This document shows, in pieces, positions 34,501-43,017 of a stretch of 43,017 nucleotides of DNA; position 1 is the stretch's first letter; each line of letters starts with the position of its first letter. A model generated the notes under the pieces. The model searched no databases and was not told where the DNA came from. It was given only the letters and a program-made list of their open reading frames with translations. Location of the stretch: positions 124,001 through 167,017 of the forward strand of contig NGBS01000302.1 in NCBI GenBank assembly GCA_002245135.1, read 5' to 3'. A program made the position numbers and the translations under genes. This stretch comes from Proteromonas lacertae. Taxonomy: Eukaryota.

Positions 34501-37500
34501 TTTTGACTTTGAATTATCTCTTTTATATACATATCCTTCTGGAATAAACACTTTTGATTGCATTGGTTTTGGTTTTATAATTCTCTGTTTTTCTTTCTTA
34601 GTATTTTCTAATTCTTGAAGCTTTATTGAATATATTCTTTCAATTTCATTAATCTCCTTTTGACAATTATTAATATCATCTATTATGCCTCCAAAATCAT
34701 TTCTTATTCCTTTTTGATATTTCTTGGAATATGAAATATATGAATAATAATCATTTACAGAAGCAAATAATTTTTTCATAAATATTTTATATATATCTTC
34801 TGTTAATCTACTCATTTCAACTTCATTTGCTTTTGGTGCATTCCTTGGTATTGAAATACAATTTGAAAGTTTAAAGTAAGTGAACATTTGATTAATAGGA
34901 AAGATGTTTATATCTGAATCAAAATATGAATTATGTAGATTAATTCCATTATATCCATAATTATTATCAAATAAATATAATCTATAATCTTTATTTGAAC
35001 TTCCAGATTTATTTCCACCTTTAAGTAAGAATGAATATTCATTAAACAATTCTTTATTAAAATCAGTTGCAAATCTAATCTCATTTTCTTTACAGAATTT
35101 TATCATATTTAACATCAAAGAACGAGAAAAATAATCATTTGTATTATCTGAATTAAATGGATGATATTTATATTCAATTTCCACAGCACCATATTTCTTT
35201 GTTATTTCAACATTCACATCATAAGTTGATAATGGCAAAACAACATATAATTCTTTTCTTTCATTACTTAAACCAAATTCATTCCTTATCCAATCTCCCC
35301 ATCCTTCTTTAGAAGAAATATATATTTCATGATTTGTAAATCCCAATATAGAATCATCACCACAATGAAGTTTAAATTTGAATCTAGAATTCTTATTATA
35401 TCTGAAAATAACAACTTTGAAATAAATAGAATCTGGTTCTATATTGTTTAATTTTGACTTGATAAAATCTGCTAAATTTGATTCATATGAATTAGTCTTT
35501 TCAATCATATGATTTATTGATTCATGATGATATAATGTCAAAATATAATTCTTAGCTCTCTCTATTGATTCTATTGATCCATATTTCTTTTCAAATTCTT
35601 TATTATCTCTTTCAACAGCTTTTTTAGCATCTCTTTTTAATTTATCTTCCATTTGTTTATAATTATTTTCTAATTTGTTTTTATTATTCTTCAATTCATT
35701 ATACTCTTTTTCTAATCTCTTTATCTTCTGATCTATTCCTTCTATTCCATTTTTATATTCATTTTGAAGATATTCATCTGCTTTTGGAATTATATCATCT
35801 ATTGATTTTAGAATAGGATTTGTTTTAAAGAAATCTTTCAATGATATTTCACTCAATATTTCTAACACAATATCTGATAATTCATTGTGTAATAATGGAC
35901 ATATTAAAACTAATTTATCATGAAATGGCAGTGAAGAATTATATATTCCTTCATAGATATAAAACAAAGGTTCACTTTTCATATTATAATTTCTAATTTG
36001 ATATTCATACTTTAAATCAGATGATGATACTATTGTTCCTGGTTCACATTTACTTGTGTAATTATATGGTTCTAATGATAATATTTTATGTAAATCCAAT
36101 TCTCTTTCATTTTCTTCTTCTACATATCTAATGATTCTCAATGCTTGTAATTCTAATTTATCTTCATAATAATCTATATTACATTTATCAATTATATGTG
36201 ATAAATCATAATCAACTCTCCCATTGATAAATCTTTGTTTCGATTTAATCCATTCACTTTCTAATAAAGTATTTATAGCATTATCTAATTGTTCTTGAGT
36301 TATTTTTCTATGAATATAAAATGGAGCTTCTTTTATAATGGAATAATAATGATTCAAATCTACAGTTTTAGCATAATAATTGATTCTAGCTGTCACATAT
36401 ATTTCTAAAGATTTTTTCATTCCTTCAAAATTCTCAAAATCATGAATTAACCTATCTTTTGATATCTCTAATTCTATCAATAATTCATAATATTGAACTA
36501 TTGCTGATGCTGTATTTGACACTTCTAAAGCATATAAGAAATGACTACACTCTAAATATAATCTTGCATTATTATCTTGAATCTGACTATAATCAATTAT
36601 TGTATCTTTTATTTGTTTTATATCTTTTAATAAATCATAAGCATCATCATCTATTCCTTCTATATTATTCTCTTCTTCAAAATCATTAACAAATTCACTC
36701 TTTATATTTGCTAATTCTCTTTTGATTTTGTTATAATTCATTTGTCTTTGTCTTTTCTTTTCATCTCTTATCATTGATAATGCTTTTAAATCTTTCATTT
36801 CAGTATAAAATGATGAATATTCTTCAAAATATTTATCCATTCCATAGAATCTATTCAGTTTTAAAGTTGTATCTTTCATTGTTTCATTAAATTCATCATA
36901 TATTCTTTCAATATCATTAAATAATAAATCAGTCATTCCTGTGTTTTCTTTTGGTCTTCTTGATATATTTGATGAATAACTTTTCAATAATCGAAGTGTT
37001 TTGTTTATTATATTCTCTATTACTTCTATTGGACCTAATTCATCTATCTTTTCAATTATATCACTAAACACATTTTGATATTTATTCCATTGAGAATCTT
37101 TATTATTCAATAATACTTTATCTTTACCTATTATATAACATAACAACAATTCATCTGAATCTTTTTTCAATTCATAATATTCTTTTAATTTACATATTTC
37201 ATTATCTTTGATATTAATCAAAGGGCATTTGTGCATTGACTTTAACTTTTCTGATGAAGATAGTTTGAAATATTTGAATAAAATCCATCTTTGAAGATTT
37301 GGATTACATTCAATTATTGTAGTATTTTTACCAAAATTCTTATTCACTGTTGAATATATCTGATAAAGTGGATAATATAATAATGATGATGTGTAGTTAG
37401 AATTGATTATTTGGTATATTTGGGAATGTTCACTATTACTTCCTTTCCTGTTAAACATCAATATACTATCATTCATTACTTGTTCTATCAAATCTTCAAT

Positions 37501-40500
37501 TTTATCAACATTCTTATCTTTCAATCTTTTGATTAATATACTTATATTTGATGTATTAATTTCTGGAGGTTTTACTAATATTGGGTATTTTGATTCTCTT
37601 CTCATATGAAATTCAAATTCATAACTTTCATCATTTGGATTATTCAAATATCTCAGTATATTTCTGAAATTGATTGGAATTTCTTTTCCAAAACATTTCA
37701 CTTCATTTTCTCTCTCTTTTATATAACACAATTCTTGAGCAGATTCTATTGTGTTTAATGGATTAGCATATATCTCTATACAACGACTTAACAATGGAGC
37801 TGGAATTGTTGCTAGATTGGTTGTTGAAAAAGAGAAATAAATTCGGAAATTATCATGAATTCTATATTCAGCTTTGGGATTATCTCTTGTATATCTTATT
37901 TCTTCATCTCCATTTTCACCATTATATTCAGTTATTTTCAATTCTGGATTTTCTTCACATAATGAGTTTAATCTTTCCAAAATATCACCACTTGCTAGAT
38001 TTATATCTTCTATTACTATCCAACATCCTTTTTCTATAGCTGTTAATAATGGACCTTTCTTAAATTCAAATGAAGTTTTCTTTTCTTCTCCACATGAAAC
38101 TAATTCCATTCTACCTATTAATAAAGAACTTGTACTTTCACTATTCAATGGAACAACTATCAATGTCTGATTATATAATTGTGCTAATCTTCTTAATACA
38201 TAACTTTTGCCAGATGGAGATGGACCATATAATATCACTGCTCTTTTGGATATATATGATAAAGCTATTTTATAAGCTAAGGATTTTTCTGAGGTTGTAA
38301 ATTGATTAAAATCAAATCCACAAGATTCTTTTGAGAATGGAATTGACCAAGGACCTGTTAATAATGTATTTTCTTCTTTACCTATCAGTTTTATATCCAT
38401 CTTATTATTGATTGATAAAACTTTCTCAATTTCTTGAATATCATACTGATTGTATTTACATCCAAATGTCAACCATAAAGCTGCTTTTATATCAGCTTTT
38501 ATATTAAAACTTCTCCACACTTCTATTGCTTTGATTGGTTCTCTCAATGTAAATCCAATACCTATTTGTTTCCCGAGTCTTAAGGATTGTTCAAATAATT
38601 GATTGATTATTTGATTGAACTTTTCTATATCTTCAGCTCCATCTTCTGGATTTTCACTTTGCTTTAATATTTGTTTGCCTATTGTCAATAATTCAGATAA
38701 TTGATATGATATATCATTATGGTATAAACTAATTGTTAATAAATTACTTGATAAAGAAGATCTGTTACTTGTCATTGAAGCAGGATTTAAAGTACAAATT
38801 ATATGAACTTTCTTTGGCAATTCTATTGTTCCATAACCATGAGCATCAAATGTTGTTTTATTCTTATCAGTACAACATTTTATAAATGTGTAAAACTCAT
38901 CCAAGACATCAGATGGAGCTAAATTCAATTCATCAAATAGAAATCCTATTTCTTCATCATCTTTATGATTTTCTAATTCTGTTGTTATTATACCTGGTTT
39001 TCTTTCTTGATTTTGATCAGATCCAATTGTTAAACTACCAAATAATTCTTGAATTGTTATATTTGGTGATAAATTAAATCTGAATATTGGAATATCCAAA
39101 GCATTATAAACATGTTGAGCTGTTACTGATTTACCAACACCTGGATCACCTTCTAATATCACTGGTAAATTCGATTGTATTCCCAATAATAATGTCAATA
39201 TCATATGAACTGTGGTTGGAACTATATAAAATGATTCTTGAATATTCTTATTCAAATAATCTTGAATCTTATCATACACATCCATAAAATTAACACTAAA
39301 TATTTCTTTCAATAATCCATCAACATCCAAATTCGCTGATACTTCTTCAGAATTCTTATTATCTAATTTGAATAGTCTTTGTAATGGTTGAGAAACAGAT
39401 TTGGCTTTCTTAGATCTTAGTAATTCATATCTTGATTGATGATTTCTTGATATATAATCTAAATAAAACATTGAATCAATTGGATTTCTAAAATACTTCT
39501 GTATTCTATTCTCTAATGTGTAAAAGTGTAATGAATATCTAATTATATCTTTACATAATGGAAATCTTCTGATTAATTCTGTTTCTGTTGGATTTGGACA
39601 ATAGATTGGCAAGAATAAAGATTTATCATTAATTCTATTAAAATCACTATCACTTATTACTCCTATCATCTTGGGTGGAACATAACTTCTTATATTCTTT
39701 ATTTGATTCATTATATCTTCATAAACTGAATAAACATATTGATTGTCAATATTCTCCTGATATTTCATTGAACCTTTATATAATTCCAATAATCCTGTTA
39801 TTCTGGGTAAAACAGATTCACTTATAAGATCAAAATGATTTAATATCAATGTTTCATCAGTTATAAAACTTGTCATTATCAAACCAGGTTTGAAGAATAA
39901 ACAAGATTCTTCATTATATTTCATTATTTCCTCCATATTATTCTTCCATTTAACAAATGAATTACTTGGATTTCCTTTATTGTAATTGTTATATGATGTT
40001 GCTATTTGATTCATTGTTGTTAATAACTCAGATGGACTGGAAATTAAAGTACTTCCTATCAAATAAGAAGAATCATAAGATCTTGATAATTCGATAAATC
40101 TTCCATTATCTTCATATAAATCATTCATTAAAGACATTTGGAATGATTCACATGTGATATATAAAACTGGTGCTTGAAAATCACTTGATGATAATAACGA
40201 TAATCGAAATAGACTTTCCAAATACCAATTATCTTGATTGTTAAACAATTCTTTTAATTCACATGTTGTTGATATGTTATACTTTGATAGAGTATAATGA
40301 TTCTTTTCTTTTGTGATTTGAATTTTACTTTTCAAAAATGTTTCTATTGTTACTTTTTTGATTATATCTTTGAATATTTCATCTAATAATGATATTTTAC
40401 TTTCATCACAAAATAAACCAAGCAAATAAGGGAACTTATCTTTATATATTGATTTTAATGGAATTAAATAATGAAGTTGAGTCATTGAGAATAAATCATT

Positions 40501-43017
40501 TTCAAATATTTCTTTTGGTAAGTCAAATATCTTACTCTTTTCTTCATTAGTATATTCTTTTATTTCAAAACTTGGACAATAACAAGGTATTGATTGAGTT
40601 GGTTTTTTATCACCAGATGTTGTGAAATTGAATATCACTCTGAAGGATGGATGTATTTTGAAGGTTTTATTCATATATTCAAATTCATTAGTGGTTGGAT
40701 CAATAAATGTTTCAAACAATTGTAATATATCACTTGATAATAAATGAGAATGTTCAATCACCAATACTACACCTTCTTCCATTGCAGATATAACTACACC
40801 TCGATGAAATTCTCTATCATCTGTGAAAAATCCTAACAATTGATCAATTTCAGTTTCTGGAGAGATATATAATGCTAGAGATTTTATTGGATTATAACTT
40901 CCATTCAATAGTTGTTCTATTAAATAACTTTTACCACTTTCTTTATGTCCAAATAAAGCTATTGATCTGTGTGTGATTAATGATATTAATATTTCACTTA
41001 ATAACTCTCTTCTTTCTTCAACTCCTTCAAATAATCCTTCATAACATTCTAAATATCTTGAGGGTTCTTCATAATATTTTGTTAATTCATTTATATGTTT
41101 CTTTGTTTCTTCTTTGAAGAATGATTCACAGAAAGTTTTTATCATCTCTTTTTTATTTTCATCACTTTCTTCAAATGCATTTTCTATTTTTTCATCTGGT
41201 AAAGTAACTAATATAAATCTATTAATCAAAGCAGGAGAGAATTTCATTAAACCATTTTTTGAAACACTTGCAATTATTCTGAAATTTGGATGAATATCAA
41301 TTTCTGGTTCTTCAATTCTTTCATCAAATCTCACTTTCTGTTTACATCCATCATTTGGTATTATTTCTAACAAAGAATTCAATCTTTCGATTGAATTAGA
41401 TTTCATATTATCTAATGATTGAAGAAAACAAGTTTCTCCATTGATTATACTTTTTACTAAAGGAGAATCATGCCATTTTGGGGCTATTTTAATATCATTT
41501 CCACTTTCTTCATTATTATTATTTCCTTCTAATTGAAACATTCCAACCAAATTCTCAGTTGTTGTTCCACTTGTACATCTTATAATATTGAGTTTTTCAT
41601 TATCATGAATAGATTGGAGATATGATAATACATACTTTCTAGCTGTAAATTCATTCTCACTACATAATAAAATATGACAACCTGATTTAAATATTGCTTT
41701 TATGTATTGACAAAGATTATTCCAAATAGTTTCATTCAATGGAAATAAAGTAGATTTACTAATTTCAAATGGTTTAGATAAATTCAGTTTATTTGTTGGT
41801 AATATATCGCCATAAACAATCTCTGTAGCTATTTTTGAAGAACATTTAGCTGATGTTATTAGAGTATTTGCTCTAATACAATCTCTCAATGTATAAACTC
41901 TATCTGGATGATTGGCTAATGCATTTTGATGAGAATTTAAAATATCATTCACATTACTTTTTGAGATTTTTCCAATTGATTCTAATATCTTGTTTAATTC
42001 TTCTCTTGTTATTTCTGGGAAGAATCTTGAATCAATATATCTGAATCTAGACATCATTGTTTCATCAATTTTGGTTCTTTTGTATATTGAAGCAGCTTGA
42101 TTTTGAGTTGCTATTATTCTGAAACTTGGATTCATATCATATTTGTATAACCACTTCCTATTGAATCAACATATAATTCATGAGAATCTAAAACATTCAT
42201 TATTGCTTGAACTACTTCAGCATTTGTTAATGACAATTCATCCAATAATATCACTTTTCCTTCAATAAAAGCTTCAGAAAATGGACCTAATTGGAATATT
42301 GGAGTTGATTTACCATCTATTGTTTTTATTATCACATTTCCTATCAATTCATCAATTATTGAATGATGGACTGAAATTATATCGAATTAACGGAATTTGA
42401 CCATTCATACACACTTGTTCAACTGTGAATGTTTTGGCACTTGAAGTTTTACCTTCAACTAATAATGGAGTATTCTTTTCTATTCCATCTTCTATGATTT
42501 TCATTCTTTTTAATGCATTTTCAGTTAAAACAGCTTGAGATCTTTTATTTATAGCTGTTACATCTCTATATGGTTCACAGATTATTTTCTTTCCTGTATC
42601 TTCATCAATTACTTCCAATGATTCATCTGGAGAATGAATAATCATTATATCACTATGACAAGTAACAGATTTATTTCTTAATAATGGAAAACGATAGGAT
42701 TTTTCTTTACATTCACATATTTGATGGAAATATATCTTTTCAGGAATAATGTTATTATCACTTCTTGTTTCTAATAACGGTAATGTGAAATTGTTTCTTT
42801 TATTTTCTTGTCTATATTGAAAACCAATTTAGAATCTTTTACTACATAATCTAATCCACAAATTAATGTTGATGGTAAAGATGAATATACTTTTCCTTCA
42901 TTATTCTTAATGTATAAATTATCCAATAAATACAATCAATTTCTTTAGTATCATTATATTGAATCAAAATAGAACGCTTCACAAATGGATGATAATGAAT
43001 TACATCTTCAATGGTAA
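31552..43017 (-). CDS. Giant midasin (MDN1/Rea1)-like AAA+ ATPase with six visible AAA modules and two C-terminal vWA-like domains, 5' partial
   Basis: 3527-aa ORF plus frameshifted upstream pieces. Walker A-like GKTSSAKT, GHKESGKS, GDPGVGKS, GPSPSGKS; repeated IHPxFRI and LERLNSLxE motifs; midasin-like pre-MIDAS segment before IVLDAS. Confidence 0.85.

Noticed and set aside
31713..39287. Short + strand ORFs opposite the giant gene, and similar ones elsewhere (e.g. 5522, 7068, 12865, 15882, 23070, 23593, 27696, 29569)
   Set aside because: They are antisense or off-frame shadows of real genes, rich in L/I/Y/F, with no motifs.
2160..42360. Programmed frameshifting or RNA editing as the cause of many single-base frame breaks (e.g. 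~2163, 2520, 2845, 6505, 6768, 10474, 21400, 42140, 42355)
   Set aside because: Most are one-base length changes in short homopolymers, share no slippery or stop motif, and cluster toward the window ends. Long-read consensus error is simpler; short-read data would settle it.
1..43017. Alternative genetic code (stop-codon reassignment)
   Set aside because: In-frame stops fall inside GT-AG introns or after indels; a 3527-aa ORF is open under the standard code; all three stops end genes.
1..43017. Blastocystis-style stop codons created by polyadenylation
   Set aside because: Every gene end I traced has a genomic stop codon.
31552..43017. Dynein heavy chain or RNF213
   Set aside because: The motifs are MoxR/midasin-type with a C-terminal vWA; no dynein stalk inside the ring and no RING domain seen.

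Overview
This is AT-rich, gene-dense eukaryotic DNA using the standard code (TAA, TAG and TGA all end genes), with very short spliceosomal introns (~25-47 nt, GT-AG plus one GC-AG). Mastigoneme-like and PGP-repeat axonemal genes suggest a flagellated stramenopile; an Opalinata/Proteromonas-like lineage is a guess. About 24 protein genes are supported: 2 EGF/mastigoneme-like, a tail-anchored nucleoredoxin, a TBC protein, 2 STPG/ODF3-like, FANCF-like, TRAPPC13, a metal-ligand-dead metallo-beta-lactamase-fold protein with a mitochondrial-type presequence, 2 near-identical GH20 hexosaminidases, WDR44-like, 2 dispersed EF-hand-like paralogs, a membrane-anchored helical protein, and a >11 kb intron-free midasin-like AAA+/double-vWA gene running off the window. 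The standout is an 8-member family I cannot assign to a known group (7 in an inverted tandem array at 8.5-17.6 kb, 1 at 21.4 kb). Each member combines an IQ motif, an RxGDWP motif (absent in copy 8), a degenerate calmodulin-like EF-hand pair and a C-terminal CCHC zinc finger. Many single-base frameshifts look like long-read consensus errors. No rRNA, tRNA, CRISPR or transposon was seen.
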